Virus record (IMG/VR): IMGVR_UViG_2778261169_000001
Location: 1 to 16,674 of that record
Direction: 5' to 3' (one strand)
Source of the DNA: a virus
Lineage: Duplodnaviria > Heunggongvirae > Uroviricota > Caudoviricetes
Length of the DNA: 16,674 bases
Both the position numbers and the translations under genes were made by a program. Position 1 is the first letter of the stretch. Each line of letters starts with the position of its first letter. The notes under the pieces were generated by a model, which was not told the origin of the DNA, made no database searches, and saw only the letters and a list, made by a program, of their open reading frames with translations. This document shows positions 7,879 to 16,595 of the stretch, piece by piece.

Positions 7879-8325
7879 TCAATTTAGATGTTCAATAACC
7901 AATTTTTCAATCAACAAATTGTCTCCAAAGTCAACACCAAGCAACTGCCGTTCTGGGTATTGCACGTCCTGAGCATGTGGGTTTGGCCGGTCTTTAAGTC
8001 CGAGCTGATGAATCTGAGCAATACGTTGCACCTTGCCGGTAAACTCGACCACCGCTGCATCATCGCGGCCTCTGGCTTTCATGTAGCGGTTCGTTCGCAA
8101 CTTCTGAAACATCGTCCGCTTAATACGCCCTTTCTTCGCTCTGAGCGGCTGGCGTTTTCGCGCCTGATACGGCGTGCCATCAGGCGCTTTTTGCTGTTTG
8201 ATGCGTTGCTGTTGCGATCTGCGCAGTTGCTTTGCTATTTCAGCGGCCAGCTTACGCCGACCCGCCGGTGATATTGCCGCAATCAACCCCGCAAGTTTGT
8301 CATCAAAAGGCTTAAATTCATTCAT
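7879..8325 (-). CDS. S: Tail completion protein S (P2 gpS-like)
   Basis: 148-aa ORF (P2 S is 150 aa) directly downstream of R with an 8-nt overlap; ATG at 8325-8323; basic N-terminal half typical of gpS. Confidence 0.85.
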   Translation of the reverse strand: MNEFKPFDDKLAGLIAAISPAGRRKLAAEIAKQLRRSQQQRIKQQKAPDGTPYQARKRQPLRAKKGRIKRTMFQKLRTNRYMKARGRDDAAVVEFTGKVQRIAQIHQLGLKDRPNPHAQDVQYPERQLLGVDFGDNLLIEKLVIEHLN

Positions 8326-8785
8326 CCCACTTACTCACCAGCTCGCCATTGATATACAGCTCAGTCGGTCGCGTGACAGGCTCAGGTAATGGCGGTTCAG
8401 GCGCATAGCTGACGTGTAACGCGCCGTTTTCATCTCTGACGAGGGTGCGCTCGGTGAGTTGCAGGCTGATACTGATATCCACATTATCACCGTCGTTTAA
8501 ATCCATCTGGAATCGATAGCCCTTTTTGCGCCCCTCATCCAGCGTGCAGATATCCGGCTGGTTCTCACGCAGCCACACCGCCACCGGCACGAAAATCAGG
8601 TCAGGGTCGCCCACAAAATCGCAGACAATCACATTCAGGGTGTAATTCTTTTCATGAGACAGCGAGTCTGCGAGACGCGCATCGATATTCCCCTCATCGG
8701 CAAAGATGCGCATCATCTCGGGGTTATTCAGGATCTGAGGGACGGCGTCATTCAGCGCTTTGCGCAGGCTTTTCATTTTCTGCAT
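8318..8785 (-). CDS. R: Tail completion protein R (P2 gpR-like)
   Basis: Start trimmed to ATG 8785-8783 (MQKMKSLRKALNDAVPQILNNPEMMRIF...), giving ~155 aa as for P2 R; the ATG at 8776 is an alternative. C-terminus ...EPVTRPTELYINGELVSKWDE matches my recollection of P2 R. Confidence 0.8.
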   Translation of the reverse strand: MQKMKSLRKALNDAVPQILNNPEMMRIFADEGNIDARLADSLSHEKNYTLNVIVCDFVGDPDLIFVPVAVWLRENQPDICTLDEGRKKGYRFQMDLNDGDNVDISISLQLTERTLVRDENGALHVSYAPEPPLPEPVTRPTELYINGELVSKWDE

Positions 8786-9038
8786 CGATTTTATCCTGAC
8801 AGTCTTTGATGGTTTCGACCTTAATTGCACAGGCGGTGAGCGCGTGCTCAAGCCTCCGAATATCGGCACTCAGATCACCGTTATTGACGGGGTCGCTTCC
8901 CGGCATCGGGCAGAGACTCACCTTCGGGCAGGCGTTGTAAACAACGGGCGGCGGAGGCGCAGCCCGTTCGGATGTGCAACCGACGCACAGCATCAGGCAG
9001 CTTATCGCTGTACCAGCGGCGTAACGTCTCGTTTTCAT
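8748..9038 (-). CDS. lysC: Outer-membrane spanin lipoprotein (Rz1/LysC-like o-spanin)
   Basis: 96-aa ORF in a different frame, overlapping the 3' part of Rz and the 5' end of R. N-terminus MKTRRYAAGTAISCLMLCVGC has a signal peptide and lipobox-like CVGC; followed by Pro-rich APPPPVVYNACPKVSLCPMPGSDP. Confidence 0.75.
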   Translation of the reverse strand: MKTRRYAAGTAISCLMLCVGCTSERAAPPPPVVYNACPKVSLCPMPGSDPVNNGDLSADIRRLEHALTACAIKVETIKDCQDKIDAENEKPAQSAE

Positions 9039-9306
9039 TCATCAACCTCGTTATGGTTTCTTCCCGCTTTACCGCCTGCTCACCGGCAACGGCCAGCTCA
9101 TCACCGAGCCTGACCTGCGCATCCTCATTCGCACTTGCGATTCGCTGCGATACGGCAAGCTGATTTTTCAGCATGCCAATCGTCGTCTTTTGCTCGCTGG
9201 CAACGCGGCTCGCTTTCTCAAAAGACCGGGATAAGTTCACGTTATCGTGGCGCAGCCACAGCACCATGGCGAGCAACCCTGCCAGCAGAATCATCAGCAC
9301 TTTCAT
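8881..9306 (-). CDS. lysB: Inner-membrane spanin (Rz/LysB-like i-spanin)
   Basis: 141 aa; N-terminal transmembrane segment MKVLMILLAGLLAMVLWL followed by a charged, coiled-coil-like periplasmic region. Its ATG overlaps the endolysin stop (ATGA) and it contains the Rz1 frame. Confidence 0.8.
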   Translation of the reverse strand: MKVLMILLAGLLAMVLWLRHDNVNLSRSFEKASRVASEQKTTIGMLKNQLAVSQRIASANEDAQVRLGDELAVAGEQAVKREETITRLMNENETLRRWYSDKLPDAVRRLHIRTGCASAARCLQRLPEGESLPDAGKRPRQ

Positions 9307-9812
9307 TGCATCCCCTTTACGCAGTAAGCCCGCTCCCGCGCACGGCGGTTCTCCAGCCCTTTATTTTTTGTGCCGTTGACATACACCCAGCGGGTGAGCT
9401 GGTCGCATGCCTGCCACCACTGGTGACGCTTGATATAAGAGACCAGAGTCGACCGACAGGCCGCACCGGTTCCGACGTTAAACGCAAAACTGACCAGCGA
9501 GTTATAGACGCGCGGTGGCATATCCACCGGCACACAGACCGCGAGCCGTTGCTCGACGTTGAGCACATCGGCAATGAGATTCTCCGCCGCGCGCTGTTCG
9601 GTAATATCCCCTTTCGGGACCACCCCGGCAGTGTGGCCGATGCCCGACGTCCACACTCCCGCGCTGCACTGGTAAGGTGTCAGGCGACATCCTTCGAGGT
9701 CGGCAATCAGTGCCAGCCCCTCGGGCGAGGTGTTAAGCAGACGAAAATCAGGCACCAGTGCCGCCAGCGCCAGCACGGCGGCCACACTGCAGCGTTTAAT
9801 GATTGAGCTCAC
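9303..9812 (-). CDS. SAR endolysin, T4-lysozyme-like (GH24) fold, phage 21 R21 / P1 Lyz type
   Basis: Recalled similarity to phage 21 R: FNVGTGAACRSTL, ACDQLTRWVYVNG and RRARERAYC blocks. The N-terminus has a hydrophobic Ala/Leu-rich SAR segment (SVAAVLALAALV). Start uncertain: I prefer GTG 9812-9810 (AGGGGG 6 nt upstream); the track uses TTG at 9836. Confidence 0.85.
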   Translation of the reverse strand: MSSIIKRCSVAAVLALAALVPDFRLLNTSPEGLALIADLEGCRLTPYQCSAGVWTSGIGHTAGVVPKGDITEQRAAENLIADVLNVEQRLAVCVPVDMPPRVYNSLVSFAFNVGTGAACRSTLVSYIKRHQWWQACDQLTRWVYVNGTKNKGLENRRARERAYCVKGMQ

Positions 9813-10017
9813 GGGCAGCCCCCTTATCGGGTCCAAGTGAGGTCAGGTAGCGGTAGGTTTTACGCTTAAACCAGTAATTCGTCAGCGCGGTAAAAATGGC
9901 GCAGGCACTCCCCACATAGAGCGCCAGCTTTTCGGGGGACATAGCCCCGAAATACGCCAGCCCCACGGCCAGCCAGTAAGCGAAAAACGTCGTGATTTTT
10001 TCCACACTCAGTCCCAT
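9796..10017 (-). CDS. Holin, class II / pinholin-like (two predicted TMDs)
   Basis: 73 aa with two hydrophobic segments (ITTFFAYWLAVGLAYFGAM and LALYVGSACAIFTALTNYWF) and a basic C-terminal tail; directly upstream of and overlapping the SAR endolysin; ATG at 10017-10015. Confidence 0.7.
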   Translation of the reverse strand: MGLSVEKITTFFAYWLAVGLAYFGAMSPEKLALYVGSACAIFTALTNYWFKRKTYRYLTSLGPDKGAARELNH

Positions 10018-10211
10018 AAATTCACCGTTTCAGTTTTCGGGGCGCTGTCGGTTTCGGGCAGTTCTATTGTCGTGCCGTGCGGCAGAATAACGCCCAGCTC
10101 CGACAGCCCCGGATTCGCCCACAGCACCGTTTCAACGACGCCCTCAGTGCGCCCGTAATACCGGGCGCAAATCGCATCGAGGGTGTCACCCTGCATCGCC
10201 CGGACCTTCAT
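10008..10211 (-). CDS. X: LysM-domain tail protein X (P2 gpX-like)
   Basis: Start trimmed to ATG 10211 (MKVRAMQGDTLDAICARYYG..., ~67 aa as in P2 X), which overlaps the L stop codon. The sequence reads as a LysM-like motif. Confidence 0.8.
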   Translation of the reverse strand: MKVRAMQGDTLDAICARYYGRTEGVVETVLWANPGLSELGVILPHGTTIELPETDSAPKTETVNLWD

Positions 10212-10717
10212 CAGATTTGACCGACAATACAGCGCGGCTTGTCCTGAATACGCGCCACAGACCAGCGCATATCCCGCCACAGTTCATCGATAACCGCCTC
10301 AGTGCTTTCCGCTTTACGGTCGCCTTTCGCCGTCGCATCGATGCCGCGATAACGCTCAAACAGCGTGGCGCTGGTCATGGCGCAGACGGCGCGGAAATAG
10401 TGAAAACAGCGCACGCTTTCGCCATCGATATCATCGGCAGGCACATCAGCCAGCGTGTCATGCCCTGCGGCCATCTGCTCAACCCGCCACAGAGCAAGCT
10501 CCGCATTGGTTTCAGCCATACCGGCTTTAATCGCATCATTCAGGCGCAGCGCGGAAACGGTCTGCTCCAGACGCATCAGCTCACGCACACGCTTCGGATC
10601 CACATCAGGAAAAAAGAAGGTGTTTTTTATTACAGGTTCACTCACGCCCGGTGGCGGAATGACCACGCCCGGCACGTCCTGCGGCTCTTTTTTTGGCTCA
10701 ATAATCACTGTCGTCAT
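10211..10717 (-). CDS. L: Head completion/stabilisation protein L (P2 gpL-like)
   Basis: 168 aa (P2 L is 169), ATG at 10717-10715, located between M and X as in P2. Confidence 0.85.
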   Translation of the reverse strand: MTTVIIEPKKEPQDVPGVVIPPPGVSEPVIKNTFFFPDVDPKRVRELMRLEQTVSALRLNDAIKAGMAETNAELALWRVEQMAAGHDTLADVPADDIDGESVRCFHYFRAVCAMTSATLFERYRGIDATAKGDRKAESTEAVIDELWRDMRWSVARIQDKPRCIVGQI

Positions 10718-10816
10718 GACAACCTCGGGTAATGGGTGGGCGGTGGACGCCGGTCGCAGTCAGGGCAATCAATGCCCGCATTGACCGGCGTGCCGCCCGG
10801 CTCGGGGAGCGCTCTG

Positions 10817-11572
10817 TTAACCTGCGGCTTTTGCCGCTTTCGGGGGACGCCCGCGCCGTGCCGCCGGTTTAGCGGCAGGTTTGCGCGTGCGCGGTTTATT
10901 CTGTTTGGGTGCAGGTTCTGCTTTGGGTTTCAGCGCGCGCTCGAGCTGTTCAATATCCTTTTTCACACCGATAGCCCGCTCTAACTGGATCGCACGCTGC
11001 AGGTGCGTCAGCGCGTCAGTCAGACGGCCAGCCTCACGCAGCACGTAGCCGGTAATTTTGTGCAGCTTCGCGCGCACGATATCCGGCATGTCTGCCCGTT
11101 CGGTCAGTGCGATGGTGTCGAGCAGGAGCGGCAGCCCGACAGGCTGTTTCGCATCGAGCAGGCGCTGCGCTGACAGGGCGACCTCTTCGGCCAGCAAATA
11201 CGGCGTGGTGCGCCGGTGGCCGCCGGTCGGCATGGTCAGGCCATAGGTCATCGCATAGCGGGCAATCTCCAGCGCACCGGCGATGTCATCCGCATCGAGA
11301 CGCCACAGCATGACGGTCATGACAATGTCATCCTGCGCCCCTTTACCGGAGCTGAGAACGCCACCCACCCACGGCAGATAAAACGGCAACAGCTCGCGCT
11401 TTTTGTCTGCCTTGCGCTCGTTGGAGCGGATTTGTTTTAACGTGCGACAGTCTGCGGCCAGCTTGACGAGCATCTGCTCATAGGCAGTTGCATTACGCAG
11501 CGGAGCAGCAGCCCGCCGCGCAGTTTCAGAGGCCGAGACCCGCATCATGTGACGCGCTGCGGGACTCGTCAT
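10817..11572 (-). CDS. M: Terminase small (endonuclease) subunit M (P2 gpM-like)
   Basis: 251 aa; N-terminus MTSPAARHMMRVSA...PLRNATAYEQMLVKLAAD and the basic C-terminal tail match my recollection of P2 M. Confidence 0.88.
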   Translation of the reverse strand: MTSPAARHMMRVSASETARRAAAPLRNATAYEQMLVKLAADCRTLKQIRSNERKADKKRELLPFYLPWVGGVLSSGKGAQDDIVMTVMLWRLDADDIAGALEIARYAMTYGLTMPTGGHRRTTPYLLAEEVALSAQRLLDAKQPVGLPLLLDTIALTERADMPDIVRAKLHKITGYVLREAGRLTDALTHLQRAIQLERAIGVKKDIEQLERALKPKAEPAPKQNKPRTRKPAAKPAARRGRPPKAAKAAG

Positions 11573-11575
11573 GGC

Positions 11576-12643
11576 TTACTCTCCGCTTTCCGGTGCGGCA
11601 GGTGCGGTGAAGTCACCTAAATTGATGTTCTCAATCAGGCAACCGGCCGCGTAAGCCTCGATCACATAGTCAATATTCATTGACTCGTAGTTTTCGATAC
11701 GGTCTTTTTTCGGCTCTTCAATGATGGCGCGGCGGTGTGCGTCATCCATGAAGTAAATCGACAGGTTATCGAGACGCGTCACCATCAGGGCATTCGCCGG
11801 GAAGTACGGCACACGCACGGCGGGGAGGTTGCCGATCCGCTTCTGGCTGATGATGATGTCAGCGGCCAGCGTTTCGCTGTTTTCCTGCGTCTTGTTGACC
11901 AGCGGGAAATATTTATCCGCCATCAGCTTACGGCCAGTGATAACGACGAGCTCCGGGTCATCCTGATAAATCTCATCAATCAGGTTGGTGGTCGCATCCA
12001 TGACCAGCGCATCGAGGTTTTCATAGTCACCATTTTTACCCACGCGGATCACATCGGAAATAACCTTGCCGTCTTCGTCGGTGATTTTTGACATCACGCG
12101 CGCTGCAGCTTCATTGCGGTACTTCTGCAGCCAGCCCACCGCCACATCCTGCAGCATCGGATTGTTTTTACGGCTGGAGGTCGCCGCACGGGTGATACCG
12201 TTGAAACCGGCCATAATGAAATCGAGCGACTGGCGCTTGATAATCGCGTCACGGATACGGGTCTGAAAGTCCTGGAATCGCGCCCACAGGTCGAGCTGTT
12301 TGTAACGGATGTGGAAATCGAAGTTGATTTGCGCGCATTCGTATTTGTTGGATTCGAGCGCGGTAAAATCAGCGGTCTTACGTTCATCATCAGCGGCAGT
12401 ATCGGTGGTGCTGGCAATCGTACCGTTGACGCCCACCCCGACTTTTTCGCCTTTCAGCTCGTCGACCGGCACGATATTCACTTTGGTCAGAAACGCGGAT
12501 GACGCCTGCAGAGTGGTCATCAGGGTTTGCGTCACGGACGGCTCGACGGTGAATTTCTTTGCCACATCGTCGGTGTCGACGCCGTTCAGTTCCGCCACGC
12601 GGGACAGGTAAGCATTAAATTTAAAGCGGGTATCTTTACGCAT
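11576..12643 (-). CDS. N: Major capsid protein N (P2 gpN-like)
   Basis: Start trimmed to ATG 12643-12641 (MRKDTRFKFNAYLSRVAELNG...), preceded by AGGA and matching the P2 N N-terminus. The track's longer ORF from 12673 has no RBS. Confidence 0.9.
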   Translation of the reverse strand: MRKDTRFKFNAYLSRVAELNGVDTDDVAKKFTVEPSVTQTLMTTLQASSAFLTKVNIVPVDELKGEKVGVGVNGTIASTTDTAADDERKTADFTALESNKYECAQINFDFHIRYKQLDLWARFQDFQTRIRDAIIKRQSLDFIMAGFNGITRAATSSRKNNPMLQDVAVGWLQKYRNEAAARVMSKITDEDGKVISDVIRVGKNGDYENLDALVMDATTNLIDEIYQDDPELVVITGRKLMADKYFPLVNKTQENSETLAADIIISQKRIGNLPAVRVPYFPANALMVTRLDNLSIYFMDDAHRRAIIEEPKKDRIENYESMNIDYVIEAYAAGCLIENINLGDFTAPAAPESGE

Positions 12644-12703
12644 TGTTATTCCTGTTTCTCTAAAAAGGGGCATCAGGCCGGGTGACGCGCACCCGGCGGG
12701 TTA

Positions 12704-13558
12704 TCAGCAGTTGGTCAGCAGCTCGTCGCCCATTCCGCCTTTCGACTTCTCGCGGCGCGGCTGGCGATGGCTTTCGGTGTTATCGAGGGAACTTTTCAGC
12801 GTGGTAAACGCCTGCGCGTTTTCTTCGGTCTGGCGGGTCACATCCTGCTTAAACTGCGCAAATGCGGTTTCGAGTTCGGTTAAACGTTTTTCGCTATTGC
12901 TCAGGCTGGTCTGCACCTGCTCAGTGACTGTAGTGACCGCCTCATGCACATCTGCCAGACGCCCGTCATCGCTCGCCTGCTTGCGGCTGAAAATGGCTTT
13001 GACCTTGTCGGTCAGGCTGTTGAGGACAGTATCGGGGACGTCCTCGAATTCCAGCTCAGCCAGCGTGGCAACGGAAAACAGGTCGTCAGGGTGAGCTTTT
13101 TTACCGGCCAACGGGTTCTGGGTCGCACGGCTGCAGAATTCGAGGTATTCGGTGCCGAGGCTTGCCGGGTCATCGGTCACCGCCAGGCCAACGAGATAAC
13201 ATTTGCCGCTGTTGGCGAAGTTAGGGCGGATCTCCATCGAGGTGTAAACTTTCTGACCGCTGCGCACCATGCTGACCAGTTCGTCCAGCGGTGCGATTTT
13301 GCCAAACAGCGCCTTTTTGCCATTCAGGGCAGAGTCATCGCTGATGATTTCCGCTTTCACTTCGGTCACGTCGCCATAACGTTTGAGCACACTGTCGGGC
13401 AGAATGCCGCGCAGGTGTTCGAGGTTGATGCGGCAACCGTAGACGCGCGGGTCGAAGGAATCCGCCATTTCCTGAATGTCATCACCGCTGATGACACGGC
13501 CATCGCAGGTGTCACCCTCGACGCCGATGCGAAACCATTTAGAAACTTTCTTTGCCAT
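12704..13558 (-). CDS. O: Capsid scaffolding protein O (P2 gpO-like)
   Basis: 284 aa; MAKKVSKWFRIGVEGDTCDGRVISGDDIQEMADSFDPRVYGCRINLEHLRG closely matches the P2 O N-terminus as I recall it. Confidence 0.9.
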   Translation of the reverse strand: MAKKVSKWFRIGVEGDTCDGRVISGDDIQEMADSFDPRVYGCRINLEHLRGILPDSVLKRYGDVTEVKAEIISDDSALNGKKALFGKIAPLDELVSMVRSGQKVYTSMEIRPNFANSGKCYLVGLAVTDDPASLGTEYLEFCSRATQNPLAGKKAHPDDLFSVATLAELEFEDVPDTVLNSLTDKVKAIFSRKQASDDGRLADVHEAVTTVTEQVQTSLSNSEKRLTELETAFAQFKQDVTRQTEENAQAFTTLKSSLDNTESHRQPRREKSKGGMGDELLTNC

Positions 13559-13724
13559 TGTTCAGGTGTCCTGATATTGGGTTTTCGGTTCGGGGGTAGT
13601 TTCCCGACTCCGCCCCGCATCAGCCACCGCTTGCGGAAGTGCAACCCCTGACACAACAGGGGGTTAGCGATAATGCCCGGCTATTTCCTTAGCCTTGCCC
13701 CGTATTCACCAGTACGAGGCAACC
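13559..13724. promoter_or_regulatory. Divergent intergenic region between O and P (expected site of the P2-type divergent late promoters)
   Basis: 166-bp gap between divergently transcribed O and P; contains an inverted repeat AACCCCTG-N6-CAGGGG (13643-13662). No perfect TGT-N12-ACA activator-site dyad found. Confidence 0.4.
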
Positions 13725-15494
13725 ATGACCATTTCGACTGACCTCTCCCTTTTGCATGACCCGCGACGACAGGCGCGGCTGTTGTTCTGGCAGGGATTTT
13801 CCGTACCACAAATCGCCGACACACTGCAGGTAAAGCGCCCGACCGTGCAGAGCTGGAAACAGCGCGACGGGTGGGAGGAAACCGCCCCGCTTAATCGCGT
13901 GGAAACGACGCTCGAGGCGCGCCTGATCCAGCTTTATGCAAAGCCTGACCTGACGCCGCATGACTTCAAGGTCGCTGATTTTCTGTCACGCCAGATGGAG
14001 CGATTCGCACGCATCAACCGCTACGGCCAGACCGGTAATGAAGTGGATTTAAACCCCAACATTGCGAGCCGCAATAAAGGGGATCGCAAAAAGCCGAAAC
14101 GCAATTATTTCAGCGACGAGGCCATCGAAAAGCTGGAAGAGATTTTCTTCGATCAGTCCTTTGAGTATCAGCTCAACTGGCACAAGGCCGGTATCGCGCA
14201 CCGTATTCGCCACATCCTCAAATCACGCCAGATTGGCGCGACGTTCTACTTTGCGCGTGAGTCCCTCCTGCGTGCGCTTAAGACCGGGCAAAACCAGATA
14301 TTTTTGTCAGCCAGTAAGACGCAGGCTTACGTGTTCCGAAAGTACATCATCGCCTTTGCGCGCATGGTCGACGTCGACCTGTCAGGAGACCCGATTGTCA
14401 TCGGCAACAACGGCGCAGAGCTGATTTTTCTCGGGACAAACTCAAACACTGCGCAGAGCCATAACGGCGACCTGTATGTCGATGAAATCTTCTGGATCCC
14501 CAACTTTCAGAAGCTGCGCAAAGTCGCCTCGGGGATGGCGTCGCAGTCCCACCTGCGCACCACCTACTTTTCAACACCCTCAACGCTGGCACATGGCGCG
14601 TATCCGTTCTGGTCAGGTGAACTGTTTAACCGGGGACGCAGCAACGCGAGCGAGCGCGTCGACATCGATATCAGCCACAAAGCGCTCGCCGGTGGCGTGC
14701 TGTGCCCGGACGGCCAGTGGCGGCAGATTGTCACCATCGAGGACGCACTCGCCGGGGGATGCACCCTGTTTAATCTGGATCAGCTGAAACAGGAAAACAG
14801 CGCCGACGATTTTCGCAACCTCTTCATGTGCGAGTTTGTTGACGATAAAGCGTCGGTATTCCCGTTCGAGGAGCTACAGCGCTGCATGGTCGATGCGATG
14901 GAAGAATGGGAGGACTTTGCGCCGTTCTCTGACCGTCCGTTTAACTGGCGCCCGGTCTGGATTGGCTATGACCCGTCGCACACCGGCGACAGCGCTGGCT
15001 GTGCGGTACTGGCTCCACCACTGGTTCCCGGTGGCAAGTTCCGCATCCTTGAGCGTCACCAGTGGAAAGGGATGGATTTTGCGACACAGGCCGAGGCTAT
15101 CCGCGAGCTGACCGGGAAATATTGCGTCGAGTACATCGGCATCGATGCGACCGGCATCGGCCAGGGGGTTTACCAGCTCGTGCGCTCCTTCTTCCCGGCG
15201 GCGCGTGCCATTCGCTACACGCCGGAAATGAAAACTGCGATGGTGCTGAAAGCGAAAGACACCATCCGTCGCGGATGTCTGGAATATGACGCCGGTGCGA
15301 CCGACATCACACAGTCATTTATGGCTATCCGTAAAACCATGACCAGCAGCGGGCGCAGCTCCACCTATGAGGCCAGCCGCAGCGAAGAGGCCAGCCACGC
15401 GGATATTGCGTGGGCGACCATGCACGCCCTGTTAAACGAACCGCTTTCCGCCGGTAGCGGCATGCAATCAACCTCAATTCTGGATATTAACTAA
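13725..15494 (+). CDS. P: Terminase large (ATPase) subunit P (P2 gpP-like)
   Basis: Start set at ATG 13725 (GAGG 6 nt upstream), giving 589 aa (P2 P is 590). The track ORF starts 30 nt upstream at a TTG. The stop TAA is 1 nt before the Q ATG. Confidence 0.9.
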   Translation: MTISTDLSLLHDPRRQARLLFWQGFSVPQIADTLQVKRPTVQSWKQRDGWEETAPLNRVETTLEARLIQLYAKPDLTPHDFKVADFLSRQMERFARINRYGQTGNEVDLNPNIASRNKGDRKKPKRNYFSDEAIEKLEEIFFDQSFEYQLNWHKAGIAHRIRHILKSRQIGATFYFARESLLRALKTGQNQIFLSASKTQAYVFRKYIIAFARMVDVDLSGDPIVIGNNGAELIFLGTNSNTAQSHNGDLYVDEIFWIPNFQKLRKVASGMASQSHLRTTYFSTPSTLAHGAYPFWSGELFNRGRSNASERVDIDISHKALAGGVLCPDGQWRQIVTIEDALAGGCTLFNLDQLKQENSADDFRNLFMCEFVDDKASVFPFEELQRCMVDAMEEWEDFAPFSDRPFNWRPVWIGYDPSHTGDSAGCAVLAPPLVPGGKFRILERHQWKGMDFATQAEAIRELTGKYCVEYIGIDATGIGQGVYQLVRSFFPAARAIRYTPEMKTAMVLKAKDTIRRGCLEYDAGATDITQSFMAIRKTMTSSGRSSTYEASRSEEASHADIAWATMHALLNEPLSAGSGMQSTSILDIN

Positions 15495-15495
15495 G

Positions 15496-16503
15496 ATGAA
15501 AAAACGACAGAAGAAACCCGCCAACATGACCGCCAGCACACCGCAAAAAATGGAGGCGTTCACCTTTGGTGTGCCTTCCCCGGTTCTGGATCGCCGCGAC
15601 ATTCTCGACTACGTAGAGTGTATCAATAACGGGAAATGGTACGAGCCGCCGGTCAACTTCTCGGGGCTGGCAAAAAGCCTGCGCGCCTCCGTTCATCACA
15701 GCTCGCCGATTTACGTGAAACGTAACATTCTGGCGAGCACCTACATTCCGCACCCGTTGCTGTCACGTCAGGACTTCAGCCGCCTGGTGCTCGATTATCT
15801 GGTCTTTGCCAACGGCTATCTTGAGAAGCGCATGAGCGTCACCGGCCAGCTCTTAAAACTGGAAACCTCACCGGCTAAATACACCCGCCGGGGTGTCGAA
15901 GATGGCGTTTACTGGTACGTGTCGAACTACACCCAGCCGCACCCGTTCGCACCCGATTCCGTTTTCCATCTGCTTGAGCCCGATATCAATCAGGAGTTGT
16001 ACGGGATGCCGGAATACCTGAGCGCACTTAATTCTGCCTGGCTGAATGAGTCCGCTACGCTGTTTCGCCGCAAGTATTACCAGAACGGCGCGCACGCGGG
16101 GTACATCATGTACGTCACCGACGCCGCGCAAAGCAGTACCGACGTCGAGTCGCTCCGCAACGCGATGCGTGACTCGAAAGGACTCGGGAATTTCAAAAAC
16201 TTGTTTTTCTACGCGCCCAACGGCAAACCGGATGGCATCAAGATTGTGCCGTTGAGTGAAGTCGCCACGAAAGATGATTTTTTCAATATCAAAAAGGTTA
16301 GTGCAGAAGATTTGTTGAGTGCTCATAGGGTACCACCACAAATGATGGGAATTATGCCTAACAATGTTGGCGGTTTTGGTGATGTTGTAAAAGCTGCACA
16401 AGTGTTTGTCCGAAATGAGTTAACTCCTTTACAGGAACGGTTCAAAGAACTAAACAACTGGTTAGAAATGGAAGTTATAAGATTTAAAAAATATTCACTT
16501 TGA
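15496..16503 (+). CDS. Q: Portal protein Q (P2 gpQ-like)
   Basis: 335 aa (P2 Q is 344), immediately downstream of P on the same strand, the P2 arrangement. The last ~80 codons are markedly AT-rich. Confidence 0.88.
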   Translation: MKKRQKKPANMTASTPQKMEAFTFGVPSPVLDRRDILDYVECINNGKWYEPPVNFSGLAKSLRASVHHSSPIYVKRNILASTYIPHPLLSRQDFSRLVLDYLVFANGYLEKRMSVTGQLLKLETSPAKYTRRGVEDGVYWYVSNYTQPHPFAPDSVFHLLEPDINQELYGMPEYLSALNSAWLNESATLFRRKYYQNGAHAGYIMYVTDAAQSSTDVESLRNAMRDSKGLGNFKNLFFYAPNGKPDGIKIVPLSEVATKDDFFNIKKVSAEDLLSAHRVPPQMMGIMPNNVGGFGDVVKAAQVFVRNELTPLQERFKELNNWLEMEVIRFKKYSL

Positions 16504-16570
16504 TTTTCAAAATAAACATCTCAACATTATATTCAGCCCTGTAACTCAAGAACCACAGATAAATAAATAT

Positions 16571-16595
16571 CCTCCGGCATAGCCGGAGGTTTTTC
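16571..16595 (+). terminator. Rho-independent terminator downstream of Q
   Basis: Perfect hairpin CCTCCGGC-ATA-GCCGGAGG (16571-16589) followed by TTTTT (16590-16594), about 68 nt after the Q stop. Confidence 0.75.

Noticed and set aside
9135-9806. 223-aa plus-strand ORF antisense to endolysin and Rz
   Set aside because: Embedded opposite the conserved lysis genes with no RBS; compositionally typical of a GC-rich shadow ORF.
11576-12673. Longer N ORF starting at 12673 (MPLFRETGIT...)
   Set aside because: No Shine-Dalgarno sequence, whereas the ATG at 12643 has AGGA upstream and matches the P2 N N-terminus.
13689-13961. 90-aa minus-strand ORF overlapping the P start
   Set aside because: Antisense to the terminase gene and would occupy the divergent promoter region; no support.
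15868-16401. 177-aa minus-strand ORF antisense to portal gene Q
   Set aside because: Shadow ORF inside the confidently called portal gene.
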